Assembly (NCBI GenBank): GCA_963740355.1
Contig: CAVUDW010000003.1
Span: 64,001 to 128,000 of the forward strand
DNA from: an uncultured Gemmatimonadaceae bacterium
GTDB lineage: Bacteria; Gemmatimonadota; Gemmatimonadetes; Gemmatimonadales; Gemmatimonadaceae
DNA: 64,000 nucleotides
Reading direction: 5' to 3'
Of this stretch, positions 10,343 to 20,658 are shown in pieces. A program made the translations under genes and the position numbers. Each line of letters begins with the position of its first letter. Within the stretch, counting starts at the first letter, position 1. Under the pieces are notes generated by a model. The model made no database searches and was not told the DNA's origin. It saw only the letters and a program-made list of their open reading frames with translations.

Positions 10343-11167
10343 ATGCATCAATCCCGTTCGCTGCTGCTGTCCATCATGTGCACTCTCGGTGTCAGTTTGC
10401 CGTCAGTGCTCGAGGCACAAGAAGCAGCCGCTGCGTATTCCCTGCGCGGCATCCACTTCGCCACGCCGTTCATTCCGCCGTCGCTGGCGGCATCGAACGC
10501 AACGACGGTGCGCCTGCCGCTGGGCTACGACCTCGATTTCGATGTCGGCTCACGGACGCAAAACTACCTGCCGGAACTGCTCGTCGTGCGCGACTCCGTC
10601 GTTCGCCGCTGGGCCGATCGAATCGATGACCCGATTCGTGTCTGGATTCAGAAGCCGCAGGCACTCAACGCATGGGATGACGCATTCCCGGAGATGGCGA
10701 TGGAGGCGGTCGACGAGTGGTCGACCGTCGGCCTGCCACTGCGATTCAGCTTCGTGCGCGATTCCGCGGCTGCGGAGTTGGTCGTGCTGTGGACCGACCG
10801 ACTGGGCCAGGACGAAAGTGGCCGGACTGTGTGGTGGAGCACTTCCAAGGGCTGGATCACACGGGCACGGGTGACGCTCAGCACGCACGCCAGCGATGGC
10901 CTGCCGCAGACGCCTCGGGCACTGCGCGCTGTCGCGCTTCACGAGCTTGGCCATGCGCTGGGGCTCAGCCACACGGCAGACGCGCGCAACATCATGGCGC
11001 CGTGGGTCGAGGTTGCCGAGTTGAGCGATGCCGATCGCAACACCGCCACCCTGCTCTATCGGATGCCTGTCGGACGCGTGTCGGCCGGCGTCGAGGAAGC
11101 GGCACGAAGCGATGCGGGCGGCATGCAACGCCAAACGAGGGTGTCGCGAAGCGCGAATCCCGAGTAA
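10343..11167 (+). CDS. Matrixin (M10-like) zinc metalloprotease, secreted
   Basis: 274 aa; HELGHALGLSH zinc motif followed by Met-turn IMAP; signal peptide. Confidence 0.88.
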   Translation: MHQSRSLLLSIMCTLGVSLPSVLEAQEAAAAYSLRGIHFATPFIPPSLAASNATTVRLPLGYDLDFDVGSRTQNYLPELLVVRDSVVRRWADRIDDPIRVWIQKPQALNAWDDAFPEMAMEAVDEWSTVGLPLRFSFVRDSAAAELVVLWTDRLGQDESGRTVWWSTSKGWITRARVTLSTHASDGLPQTPRALRAVALHELGHALGLSHTADARNIMAPWVEVAELSDADRNTATLLYRMPVGRVSAGVEEAARSDAGGMQRQTRVSRSANPE

Positions 11168-11328
11168 TTCGCGTCTTCGTTGCAGGATCACGATGCCCGC
11201 CAGAGCGGGCATCGTGCGTTTCGGGCGGTACGCGCACGATGTCGCGGCACACGTCACGAGTCGGCCACACTCGGAGACAGCGCAATTCGGGACTCGCGCG
11301 CGACCGCGCACACTGCGAGCGTTCCCGT

Positions 11329-12360
11329 ATGTCAATCACTCGATTTGTGGTCGTTGCGGCGGCGCTGGCCCTTTTTCCCCAGCCACGCCGCGCGCCGGTC
11401 GACGCGCCGACGCGAGGGCGCCTGCCGGTCATCATCGGCCACCGCGGCGCGAGCGGCGACCGACCGGAGCACACGCTCGCCAGCTATTCGCTCGCGATTT
11501 CTGTCGGTGCCGACTACATCGAGCCGGACCTGGTCAGCACCAAGGACGGTATCCTCGTGGCACGCCACGAGAACGAGATTGGCGGCACGACCGACGTGGC
11601 GACGAAGTTTCCGGACCGGAAACGCACGCAGGTGATCGATGGCGATACGATCACCGGTTGGTGGACGGAGGACTTCACGCTTGCGGAGCTGAAGACCCTT
11701 CGTGCCCGGGAGCGTATCGCGTCTCGTGGGCACAGCTACGACGGGCAGTTCGAGATTGCCACGTTCGATGAGATCCTCGACCTGGCCGTGCGCCTCGGTC
11801 GAGAGCGTGGACGACCGGTGGGTGTGTACCCGGAGACGAAACACGCAGCGCATTTCCGGAAGCTTGGCCTGCCGATCGAGGAGAAGATGCTAGCCTCGCT
11901 GACGCGCGTGGGGTGGAACCGGCGCACGGCGCCCGTCTTCGTGCAGAGCTTCGAGATCAAGAGCCTGATTCGCCTGCGCCCCCTGACCTCCGTCCGATTG
12001 ATCCAGCTGGTGAACGTGACGAACCACCCGCCGGATTCTGCCGAGGTGACGTTTGCCTCGATGCAGACGCCGGCTGGGTTGCGTCGCCTGCGCCGCTACG
12101 CCGATGGCATCGGCGTGGCGAAGGAACTGATCCTCGACGCTGGGCCCGACGGGCAGCTGGTCGGGCCGACACCGCTGGTGCGGAACGCCCATGCCGCGGG
12201 CTTGCTGGTTCACATCTGGACCATCCGGCGCGATAGCCCGTTCCTCCCTGCGATGTGGAAGGGCGACGCGGATGCCGAACTGCGGGCCTTTGCGAAGGCA
12301 GGCGTGGACGGGTTCTTCACCGACTTTCCGGCCTACGCCGTGCGTGCCCTCCGGCCGTAA
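11329..12360 (+). CDS. glpQ: Glycerophosphodiester phosphodiesterase (GlpQ-like)
   Basis: IIGHRGASGDRPEHT, IEPDLV, ETKH, VQSFE, FFTDFP; start moved to ATG 11329 (signal-like MSITRFVVVAAALAL). Confidence 0.88.
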   Translation: MSITRFVVVAAALALFPQPRRAPVDAPTRGRLPVIIGHRGASGDRPEHTLASYSLAISVGADYIEPDLVSTKDGILVARHENEIGGTTDVATKFPDRKRTQVIDGDTITGWWTEDFTLAELKTLRARERIASRGHSYDGQFEIATFDEILDLAVRLGRERGRPVGVYPETKHAAHFRKLGLPIEEKMLASLTRVGWNRRTAPVFVQSFEIKSLIRLRPLTSVRLIQLVNVTNHPPDSAEVTFASMQTPAGLRRLRRYADGIGVAKELILDAGPDGQLVGPTPLVRNAHAAGLLVHIWTIRRDSPFLPAMWKGDADAELRAFAKAGVDGFFTDFPAYAVRALRP

Positions 12361-12419
12361 GGGCGATTGCGGCTGGAAGGCTGGCGCGGACCGCCGCACC
12401 AACTGATACAATTGCCAGC

Positions 12420-14273
12420 ATGTGGATCCTCATTCTCCCAATGCTGGCGCAGGTCCCCGAGGCCCGAATGGTCCTCGAGGCGGAGCAGGCGCGCGCGATC
12501 GGTGTGCCCTCGCTCCTCGCCGCGGCCGGCAGCCGCACCGTCACATCGCAGCGGCTCGCAGCCCGAGCGCTCGGCCGGCTCGAAAACCCCGCGCATCGCG
12601 ATGCCTTGGTGCCCCTGCTCTCGTCGCCGTCGGTACCGGTGAGAATTGCGGCGGTCGGTGCGCTGGCACAGATGCGCGTGCCATACGACTATGCCGCGCT
12701 CCTCGGCAGCGAGAAGGACCCTGCCGTCCGCGCCGTCATTCACGAAGCGATCGGGCGCGCAACGCCAGTCAACGACAGTACCGAGCTGCTCCTCGCCCGA
12801 GGCCTCACCGATCCTGATGCGGCAGTGCGCACGGGTGCGGCGCGCGGCCTCGAGTCACTGGTGCGGCTCAATGCGAGAACGCGTCAGGTCTCCGCCGGCA
12901 CCGTTGCGGCGCTCCGGCGCGCATTCGCCGCCAACTCTGGCGAAGAGATCCGGGAGCTGACACTGCTGGCGCTCAATGGGGCCGGCGATCGGGACTCGAC
13001 CACGCTTTCCCTCGCACTGGTGGATCCGAGTCCGCTGGTCAAGCGATTGGGCGTGATCGGCTCGAAGCGCTGGATCAACGACACCTCCGCCATCGTCCGC
13101 TACCAGTCGCTGGTTGCATCGGGTAGTTGTGAACGTGCGGTTCGCGCAGTGAGTGACGAGAGCGATCATGTGTCACTGGCGGCGATCGACATGCTCGGTG
13201 CAAGGAAGTGCGACGCCGCACCGATCGTGGCGCAGTTGCAGTCTGGCCGCAGCTGGCGACACAGGGCGCACGCAATCGTCGCGCTGACGGCGGTGGACCT
13301 GGCGCAGGCGCAGCGTGCACTCGGCGGCATGCGCAGTGACACGATCTGGCAGGTGCGTGCCTATGTCGCACAGGCAGCCAGGGTGGTGCGCGACTCCGCC
13401 GTCCTGGCCGTGCTTTCGCGCGATCCGAATCCGAATGTGGCGATCGCCGCGATGACCACGCTCGACGATGCCATGTTCGCGCTTCGGAGCGATCACGCCG
13501 GCCTGCTGCTCGCGGCCGCTGAGCGCCTGAAGGGCGCCGCCGACCTGAAGGAGCGGCTGCCGCGCCTGGTGGGGACGTTCAACCGGCTGACGGCGAATGG
13601 CAGCATGACGATGCGCGACCCTCGCGTGGCGTTGCTGACGCGCATCGGTGAAGCACCCGACACGACCACGAATGTCTTCCTCCGTGATGTGCTCTACGAT
13701 CGTGATCCAGCGGTGGCGGCACTTGCGTCGTCGATCCTGACCTCGCGCACGAAGCGGAACGAGCCACCGACCACGCTGTCGCTCCCGATCCCACCGATCC
13801 CATCAGCCGACTACATCCGCGGCCTGTCAGGCGCCACGGCGCGCATCACGATGAAGGGCCTCGGCACGATGACGGTCGAATTGCTGACGGACGACGCGCC
13901 GGTGACCGTTGGCGTCTTCGCACAGCTGGCCGAAGCCGGCCAATACAATGGCCTCACCTTCCATCGGATCGTGCCCAACTTCGTGATTCAGGGCGGCAGC
14001 CCCGGCGCCGACGAATACGATGGCCGCACCCGCGAATTCATGCGCGACGAGGTCGGCATGCCGCGCAATCTTCGCGGCACGATCGGTATCTCGACCCGCG
14101 GACGCGACACCGGTGACGGACAGATCTACTTCAACCTCGTCGACAACTTCCGACTCGATCGCGACTACACGGTGATGGCCCGGATGGTCACGGGCCTCAG
14201 CGTGATGGATCGCGTCCAGGAAGGCGACGTGATCGAGCGGATCGAGATCATCAGGACGTCACGACCGCGGTAG
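12420..14273 (+). CDS. HEAT-repeat protein with C-terminal cyclophilin-type peptidyl-prolyl isomerase
   Basis: HEAT-like repeats (VRIAAVGAL, VRTGAARGL); cyclophilin motif FHRIVPNFVIQGG; start at ATG 12420. Confidence 0.85.
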   Translation: MWILILPMLAQVPEARMVLEAEQARAIGVPSLLAAAGSRTVTSQRLAARALGRLENPAHRDALVPLLSSPSVPVRIAAVGALAQMRVPYDYAALLGSEKDPAVRAVIHEAIGRATPVNDSTELLLARGLTDPDAAVRTGAARGLESLVRLNARTRQVSAGTVAALRRAFAANSGEEIRELTLLALNGAGDRDSTTLSLALVDPSPLVKRLGVIGSKRWINDTSAIVRYQSLVASGSCERAVRAVSDESDHVSLAAIDMLGARKCDAAPIVAQLQSGRSWRHRAHAIVALTAVDLAQAQRALGGMRSDTIWQVRAYVAQAARVVRDSAVLAVLSRDPNPNVAIAAMTTLDDAMFALRSDHAGLLLAAAERLKGAADLKERLPRLVGTFNRLTANGSMTMRDPRVALLTRIGEAPDTTTNVFLRDVLYDRDPAVAALASSILTSRTKRNEPPTTLSLPIPPIPSADYIRGLSGATARITMKGLGTMTVELLTDDAPVTVGVFAQLAEAGQYNGLTFHRIVPNFVIQGGSPGADEYDGRTREFMRDEVGMPRNLRGTIGISTRGRDTGDGQIYFNLVDNFRLDRDYTVMARMVTGLSVMDRVQEGDVIERIEIIRTSRPR

Positions 14274-15617
14274 TCATTTCACGCGCTTGCCGCCCTGAAT
14301 GACCACCTTCACGTCACGCATGACGGTCATGTCGGTCAGCGGGTCGCCGCGCACGAGGATGATGTCGGCAAATCGCCCCGGCGCGAGCACACCGAAGTTG
14401 GCTTCGTTCCGGAGGAAGCGTGCAGGCCAGAGTGTGGCGCTCTGGATCGTTTCCATCGGCGAGACACCCAGCTCGACCCACTTGGCCATCTCGCGCCAGG
14501 TGGCGTCGTTGTGGAACATGCTTGGAATGCCGGCGTCGGTGCCGATCATCATGCGGACGCCCGACTGACGGAGCTGCGCAAACTTCGTCGAGAGCAGCGG
14601 AATGCGTGACGGGAACAGCGCGTAGTAACCGAGGTGTGGAATCTGGTCGAGCGATTTCCGGATTTCGCGCCACATGTCATCCGGCATGAACTCGTGCCAC
14701 GCCGGATCGTCGATGCGTTCGGGGAAGATGCTGCCGGTGAAATACATCGTGTACAGCGGCGAGATCGTCGGCGTCCAGTACAGCCCTGAATTCCGCTCCC
14801 GCATCTTCTGGAGAATGTCCTCGGGATAACCCGGTGCCGTGCCCAGCCCAGTGTGCTCGAAGTTGTCGACATTGAACTTCAGCCCGACGCGGATCTCTTC
14901 CATGCGGTGCGCGTGCGCGACCACCTGCTTGCCACGCTTGTGCGCCGTCTCGACGACGGCCTGCACCTCTGCCTCGGTCATCTGGTCCTGGTCGATCAGC
15001 TTGATCATGTCGACACCGGCATCGAGCAGCTGCGTGACCCGACGACGCGCATCATCCGCACCATTCACGCCCCAGCGGAATGGCTTCTCGTACTCTTCGT
15101 AGGCTTCGTGCTGGATGAACGGCCCGGTCACGAACAGGCGCGGGCCAGGAATTTCACCCGATGCAATCCGACGCTTGACGCTGATGATGTCGTCGAGACG
15201 CGCTCCAAGGTCGCGCGCCGTGGTGACGCCAGCGCTGAGCAGCTGTCGCGCCGCAATCGGCATCACGACCGACGCGTCGCGAGTCCCGTACAACTCGTCC
15301 CAGCGCTTGTAGTCGCCGTGCCCAAGGATGTGCAGATGCACATGCATGTCGATCAGGCCTGGCATTACGGTGTGGCCGTTGGCGTCGATCACCGTCGCAC
15401 CTTGCGGCACGGCGAGGATGCCTTCGCGGCCAACGGCCACGATCTTTTCGCCGGCGATGAGAATTACACCATTCTCGATCACCGGCCCGCCGTAGCCGTC
15501 AATGATGCGCCCACCGACGATGGCCATGGTGACGCGCGGTGCGGCCTGCGCCGCCATGGTGCCGTGCGCGCCGAGCAGCGAGCACAGTATCGCAACTGCT
15601 CGACGCGCGACACGCAT
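14274..15617 (-). CDS. Metal-dependent amidohydrolase (Xaa-Pro dipeptidase-like), secreted
   Basis: MPGLIDMHVH, IKL, AHAH, EHT, GTDAG; ATG 15617 overlaps the upstream TGA. Confidence 0.88.
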   Translation of the reverse strand: MRVARRAVAILCSLLGAHGTMAAQAAPRVTMAIVGGRIIDGYGGPVIENGVILIAGEKIVAVGREGILAVPQGATVIDANGHTVMPGLIDMHVHLHILGHGDYKRWDELYGTRDASVVMPIAARQLLSAGVTTARDLGARLDDIISVKRRIASGEIPGPRLFVTGPFIQHEAYEEYEKPFRWGVNGADDARRRVTQLLDAGVDMIKLIDQDQMTEAEVQAVVETAHKRGKQVVAHAHRMEEIRVGLKFNVDNFEHTGLGTAPGYPEDILQKMRERNSGLYWTPTISPLYTMYFTGSIFPERIDDPAWHEFMPDDMWREIRKSLDQIPHLGYYALFPSRIPLLSTKFAQLRQSGVRMMIGTDAGIPSMFHNDATWREMAKWVELGVSPMETIQSATLWPARFLRNEANFGVLAPGRFADIILVRGDPLTDMTVMRDVKVVIQGGKRVK

Positions 15618-18475
15618 CAGCGATTGCCTCGCGTGCCCGGGCGCGCAGCGGTGGCAGCCGTCGGCGCCTTGCCGAGGGCATTCCAGTTCGCGATCGCGTT
15701 GAACGCCAGCGCCATCGCGCCCTGGTTCTGCCAGCGGTACCACGGTCGCGTTCCCATCAGGATCACGTGGCCGGCGCCAACCGGCGCGTCGATCACGGCG
15801 GCCCGACCCGCCATTTCACCACCGGCTGCGATGAGACCGGAAAGCAGCAGCGAATCGGCATTCTGCGCCCACCGCACCACGACCTTGGCGCGCGCACGCT
15901 CGGTCTCGGCCAGCACCGCCGCATCCACCGGCTTGCCCCCGATACCCATCGCGGGACCGGCCGGCGCTGCTGGCGCGGCACCACCGCCGCCACCGCCACC
16001 ACCGAATCCACCACCACCAACCTGCAACACCGGCGCCTGCGAGAAGAAGAGGGGGAAGTTCTTCTTGTCGTAGCCATACAGCATCGGGTGTGTCGCCGTC
16101 ACGACTTCACCGCGGAACACGCCACCACGGGCGCGCAGGTTCGGCGTGTCGACCGCGGAGACCTGCGAATGGAAGCCCATGTCGGCGATGAACTTGGCCG
16201 TGCCGCCCTCCGTCACCAGCAGGCCACCGCGTTCGACGAATCGACGCAGCGCGAGCAGGCCATCGAAGCCCATCCCCGGACGCACATCATCCGTCTCGTC
16301 GACGCTGCCAAGCTGCGGCGTTTCCGCTGACTTCTTCCACGGCACCGCCGGGCCAGCCATCGAGCGCCCGTTGAGCAGCGTGGCGGCGTTCGCGCCGACG
16401 TGCGGATAGATCACGACATCGAACCTGTCGAGCACACCAGCGGTGTGAATTTCCTGCTCCGAGATACCGGTGTACGGCACGCCAAGGCGCTCGAAGGCAT
16501 AGCGCACCCACCCTTCGTCCTGCGTCGAGGTCCAGGAGTGCATGATCGCGACACGCGGCAGCGTGAGCGCGTGTGTTGCGACAGTCGGTTCCGCAGCCGC
16601 AATCGCTCCCATGCCGAGTGACGCGACGGCAGCACGCACCGCCGGCGCATCGGTCATGATGAAGGTGCCGGCCGGGTACGACGTCCCGCCCACGGTGAAG
16701 CTGCTGTCGGCGACGCGCACGCGTGCGCCGGCAACCTTCCACGGCAGGATCGACGACCGCCAGTCACCGAGATGTGGCACGACCAGCGAGCCGCCGGCAC
16801 CAGCGATCGTGCCAGTCACCACGGCATCGGTCGTCAACAGCCGCATCGGCTTCGAGAAGATCGTCGAGTCGGCGATCTTGAGCGTGCTCACATGGCGCAA
16901 GAGATCCATGGTCCAGCCGGTGTCGTCGTACGGCTGTGGATCGGAGGGCTTGAAGCTCTGCACACCGAGGACGGTGCGCGGGAACTGCGTGTACGGCTGG
17001 TCGAGGCGCACGATCCAGTCGCCAGCGGCAACCTTCACCGAGTCCTTGCCAGCCGTGAGCGTGAACGCCTCGCTCGCCTCGTGCACTTCGGTGCCCTGCG
17101 TTCGGAACAGGTTGACCATGTCAGCCGCTTCGGCCGCATGGCGCTGGCCGCGTGGCACCACGAATGCATACGGCGCCTCGCGCTTTCCGCGCGCGATGGC
17201 GCGCTCGGCCTTCGTCACTGCATTCTCGAGATAGTTCGCACGATTCTCGGCCACCGAGCGGAGGGCGATCAACACACCCGACTGCTGGTAGTTGATGTTC
17301 GATCGAATGCACCACTTGATCCCGTTGACTGGCGGGTTGGGGCGGTACCACTGCACCGACGTCGCGGTGGCCGGCAGCTGCACGTTGTTGATGCAGTCGG
17401 CACCGCTGGAGGTGTACGTCTCGTAGAAGCGGCCGATCGAGTTGTGCAGGTTCGCGATCGAGAGACCATAGTTCGGCGCCCACCCATCGTAGAACTGATA
17501 GGTGAACACGCCTGGCAATCCGCGCCGCGTCAGCTCGGTGATCTCGGTGTAGGAGAGCTGGAACCACTCATCGATCTGGATCGCGTCGTATTCGGTGTTG
17601 TAGGGGCCGGTGCCGGTGCTGGTGTAGAGGAACGGCACCGACTCGTGCAAGTCGTGCGTGACCGTCGGGCGCCACTCGAGGAAGTTCTTGAGGAACGAAC
17701 GCGTCAGCTCGAGTGTCAGGGCCATGCCATCGCGGTTGTTATCGTGCGCGACGTACTTGCCCCAATACGGCAGTCCGACACCGGCCGTCGCCGGCAGGTT
17801 CAGCTTGCGGTTCTGCTGGTAGAAGTCGATGTAGTGATCACGGCCATCCACTTCCCAGACCGGAATGATCATGGTGATCACATTCTCGCGAATCTTCTTG
17901 ATCTGCTCCCCTTCGTCGACCGCCAGGCGATAGAGCATCTCGATCATCGCTTCCGGGCTGCCGGTCTCGGTGGAGTGCAGCGAGCCGCTGAGCAGATAGA
18001 TCGGCTTGCCCCTCTTGATCAAGTCGGCCCGGTCAGCGGCGGAAAGCCCGCGCGGATCGGTGAGCTTGCGCAGGATCGCCTTGTAGTCGTCGAGGTGCGC
18101 GATGGTGTTTTCATCGGCGATGATGGCCGCCACCATCTCGCGCCCCTCTTCCGACTTGCCGAGGCTGATGACCTGGACTCGATCACTGGCGGCATCGACG
18201 GCGCGATAATACTTCGCAGCCTCGGTGCTGTAGGCGAGCCGGCCGATCGTGCCGGGCACGTAGCCGAGAAACTGCAGTGGTGTCGGCACCTTGGACGAGG
18301 ATGGCAGGTAGTCCACCATCTCGGTGCTGAACTTGTACTGCGGATGCGTCGGGGTGAGTTCGAGGATTCGCGCGGTGTAGGCGGAGTCGATCGCCTGGCT
18401 GCCGCGTTGTGCCGACAGTGGAGCGAGAGGTGCAGCCGCGATGGCCGCGATGACGAGGCCGAGCAGACGTCGCAT
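15617..18475 (-). CDS. M14 family zinc carboxypeptidase, secreted, long form
   Basis: 952 aa; HSTE (HxxE), HDNNRD, DLHES; poly-Gly loop near the C-terminus. Confidence 0.85.
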   Translation of the reverse strand: MRRLLGLVIAAIAAAPLAPLSAQRGSQAIDSAYTARILELTPTHPQYKFSTEMVDYLPSSSKVPTPLQFLGYVPGTIGRLAYSTEAAKYYRAVDAASDRVQVISLGKSEEGREMVAAIIADENTIAHLDDYKAILRKLTDPRGLSAADRADLIKRGKPIYLLSGSLHSTETGSPEAMIEMLYRLAVDEGEQIKKIRENVITMIIPVWEVDGRDHYIDFYQQNRKLNLPATAGVGLPYWGKYVAHDNNRDGMALTLELTRSFLKNFLEWRPTVTHDLHESVPFLYTSTGTGPYNTEYDAIQIDEWFQLSYTEITELTRRGLPGVFTYQFYDGWAPNYGLSIANLHNSIGRFYETYTSSGADCINNVQLPATATSVQWYRPNPPVNGIKWCIRSNINYQQSGVLIALRSVAENRANYLENAVTKAERAIARGKREAPYAFVVPRGQRHAAEAADMVNLFRTQGTEVHEASEAFTLTAGKDSVKVAAGDWIVRLDQPYTQFPRTVLGVQSFKPSDPQPYDDTGWTMDLLRHVSTLKIADSTIFSKPMRLLTTDAVVTGTIAGAGGSLVVPHLGDWRSSILPWKVAGARVRVADSSFTVGGTSYPAGTFIMTDAPAVRAAVASLGMGAIAAAEPTVATHALTLPRVAIMHSWTSTQDEGWVRYAFERLGVPYTGISEQEIHTAGVLDRFDVVIYPHVGANAATLLNGRSMAGPAVPWKKSAETPQLGSVDETDDVRPGMGFDGLLALRRFVERGGLLVTEGGTAKFIADMGFHSQVSAVDTPNLRARGGVFRGEVVTATHPMLYGYDKKNFPLFFSQAPVLQVGGGGFGGGGGGGGAAPAAPAGPAMGIGGKPVDAAVLAETERARAKVVVRWAQNADSLLLSGLIAAGGEMAGRAAVIDAPVGAGHVILMGTRPWYRWQNQGAMALAFNAIANWNALGKAPTAATAARPGTRGNR

Positions 18476-18533
18476 TGGGGAGATGGGCAGGAGTTGCGGA
18501 GACTACGCCGCGTGAGGGGAAGTCGCTGAAGTT

Positions 18534-19787
18534 TCAGCGTGGCGCGATGCGGAGAGCAGCCAGTTGCACGGCGCTTTGCACGCCGGGTACCGTCCAGGCG
18601 AGCACGATGTCGTTGCGGCGCCGAACCATCCGCGGGAAGCCGCTTGCGCGCCCACCGTTGACGGCGACGAGTGTGACCGGGGATTCGGCGGTGCCGTCAG
18701 CGCGCACCAGACGGGCACGGATCTCCGAGCGTTTCTCGCCCACCTGCTCGATCCAGGTGACGAGCGCGTCGCCGTTGTCGAGCAGTTCGACATCCACGCG
18801 TCCGGCCGGCGCACCGCCGTCGATGCGGACGGGCTTACCGAACGTCGCGCCCGCGTCCGACGAGAAGACGAGTTGCACCTTCGCTGTATCGCGGGCGCCC
18901 GTGAACCAGACGGCGGCGACCGTATTGCCGATGGCGGAGATGGCGGGGCCATTCACCGGACAGGCGTTGATGGTCCAGCCATCCGCATGCAGCGGCGTCG
19001 CGGGTGTCCACGTGCCGTCGACGAGGCGCTGGACACTGATGTCGCGATTTTCCGCCTCGCTGCGGTCGCGATAGAGAATCACGGGCCCCTGTGCGGTCTG
19101 GGCGGCGGCCGTCTGGCAGCAGTCGCAGGTGCGCTGGTCGAGAATTGCTTCCGGCCCAGCCATCGCACCGGACTTGTCGTACCGCGCAAACGCGAGGCGC
19201 ATGGCGGGTCCGTGTTCGCCATGTCCGTCACCCGCGGCCGGTGCCGGACTGCCGTTGAGGAACACGACGTCGGCCGAGGAGTCAGCGCGGGGCAGCAATG
19301 TCACGAAGCCGTGCTCGGCAGGGATGCCTTCGCCGTGCGGGGTGATGCTTTTCGACCAGGTGGCCCCGCCGTCGCTGGACTCGGCGAGGCGGATATCGTA
19401 GGAGTAGCGGCCGCTACCATTCTTCTGGAGCCAATGGGCGAGCAGCTTGCCGCTGGCGAGCGGGACCACAGACGGGAAATCTGCCCAATTGACGAAGAGG
19501 TTCGTCGCCCTGACGACCTCGGCAGGCGCGGTCCAGTGGTTCGATGAATCCATCGAGGCCACACGCATCGTAACCGAACTCGAGTCGGCGTCGCGCTGCA
19601 GCCAGCTCAAGATTAGAGTATTCTTATCCGAGTAGCTGACGAACGGTTCGGCGGCGTTTGGCCCGGTCGGAGACGGGAGAGCGACGACGGTGATCCGCTG
19701 CTCGGAGGCAGGTTCGCGTCCCGCGCAGGCGATGAGGCCAAGCGAGAGCGTAACGATTTGCAGCAGTTGAGAGGCGGGCAGTCTCAT
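18534..19787 (-). CDS. BNR/Asp-box beta-propeller (sialidase-like) lipoprotein
   Basis: Lipobox LIAC; Asp-boxes SSDGGATW and SSDAGATF; CDCCQT and CPVNGP motifs; start at ATG 19787. Confidence 0.8.
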   Translation of the reverse strand: MRLPASQLLQIVTLSLGLIACAGREPASEQRITVVALPSPTGPNAAEPFVSYSDKNTLILSWLQRDADSSSVTMRVASMDSSNHWTAPAEVVRATNLFVNWADFPSVVPLASGKLLAHWLQKNGSGRYSYDIRLAESSDGGATWSKSITPHGEGIPAEHGFVTLLPRADSSADVVFLNGSPAPAAGDGHGEHGPAMRLAFARYDKSGAMAGPEAILDQRTCDCCQTAAAQTAQGPVILYRDRSEAENRDISVQRLVDGTWTPATPLHADGWTINACPVNGPAISAIGNTVAAVWFTGARDTAKVQLVFSSDAGATFGKPVRIDGGAPAGRVDVELLDNGDALVTWIEQVGEKRSEIRARLVRADGTAESPVTLVAVNGGRASGFPRMVRRRNDIVLAWTVPGVQSAVQLAALRIAPR

Positions 19788-19949
19788 CGGCGTCGCTAGT
19801 GGTGGGGGGTGGCAGCTAAGCTGCCCCTTGCCACTGGTGGGGTCAACGCGAGGCGATTCGCCGGTCACCCGTTCGGGCTCTGGTGCCGGACCCTGCAGCA
19901 TGCGTTCGTTCAGTCTGGTCAGATTTCTTTCGCCTTCGATCCTGCCCCG

Positions 19950-20657
19950 ATGCCGTCCTCGACGCCCGACTCCTCGCTCGCTCGTCGTTCCTTCATGGCT
20001 CGGCTCGGTGCCGGGCTGGCAGCCTTCGGTGGTGCGATGGCGGGCGTGCCGAACTCAGCAGCCGCGCAGTCCAGCGCGGCTCCCTGGCAGCCGACGCGGC
20101 ACCCGCAGGACGACTGGTTCGATGCCATCCCCGGTCAGCACCGGTTCTTCTTCGACGCCATCTCTGCGACGGGTGTCGGTGATGCGATCACGTTCGCGTC
20201 GAATTTCTACAGCACGAGCAAATCGGGATACGGCCTTAACGAAGGGGACAACGCGGTCGTCATCTGTCTGCGCCACTTTGCCACGCCCTTCGCGTTTTCG
20301 GACGCGATCTGGGCGAAGTACGGTGCCGTGTTCGCTGATCGCATCAAGTTCAGCGACCCGAAGACGCAGCAGGCGCCGGTCATCAACGTCTACCAGACCA
20401 CTGGCTATGGCACGCAGTTGACGAACCGCGAAACGACGCTGGCGATGATGGTGCAGCGCGGGACGCACTTCGCGGTCTGCGATGCGGCCACGCGCGCGTT
20501 TGCCGGCATGGTGGCGACGAAGATGAATTCGAAGGCCGCCGACGTGTACGACGAGATGAAGGCGGCGGTGTTGCCGAACGCACATTTCGTCGCATCCGGG
20601 ATCGTTGGGGTCTGCCGCGCGCAGGAGCGCGGCTACGCCATTCAGTACATCGGCTGA
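19950..20657 (+). CDS. Tat-exported hypothetical protein (possibly DsrE-like fold)
   Basis: Twin-arginine signal RRSFMARLG...AAAQ; 235 aa; HFAVCDAAT and AQERGY segments. Confidence 0.72.
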   Translation: MPSSTPDSSLARRSFMARLGAGLAAFGGAMAGVPNSAAAQSSAAPWQPTRHPQDDWFDAIPGQHRFFFDAISATGVGDAITFASNFYSTSKSGYGLNEGDNAVVICLRHFATPFAFSDAIWAKYGAVFADRIKFSDPKTQQAPVINVYQTTGYGTQLTNRETTLAMMVQRGTHFAVCDAATRAFAGMVATKMNSKAADVYDEMKAAVLPNAHFVASGIVGVCRAQERGYAIQYIG

Positions 20658-20658
20658 C

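Noticed and set aside
10717..11328. N-terminal extensions in the ORF track (glpQ from 10717, paaA from 40210, paaD from 37727, paaH from 34010, hemN from 62512)
   Set aside because: The extensions overlap neighbouring genes; family similarity begins at the downstream starts used here.
15982..16020. (CCA/CCG)n triplet repeat
   Set aside because: It encodes the poly-Gly loop of the M14 peptidase and is not an independent repeat element.
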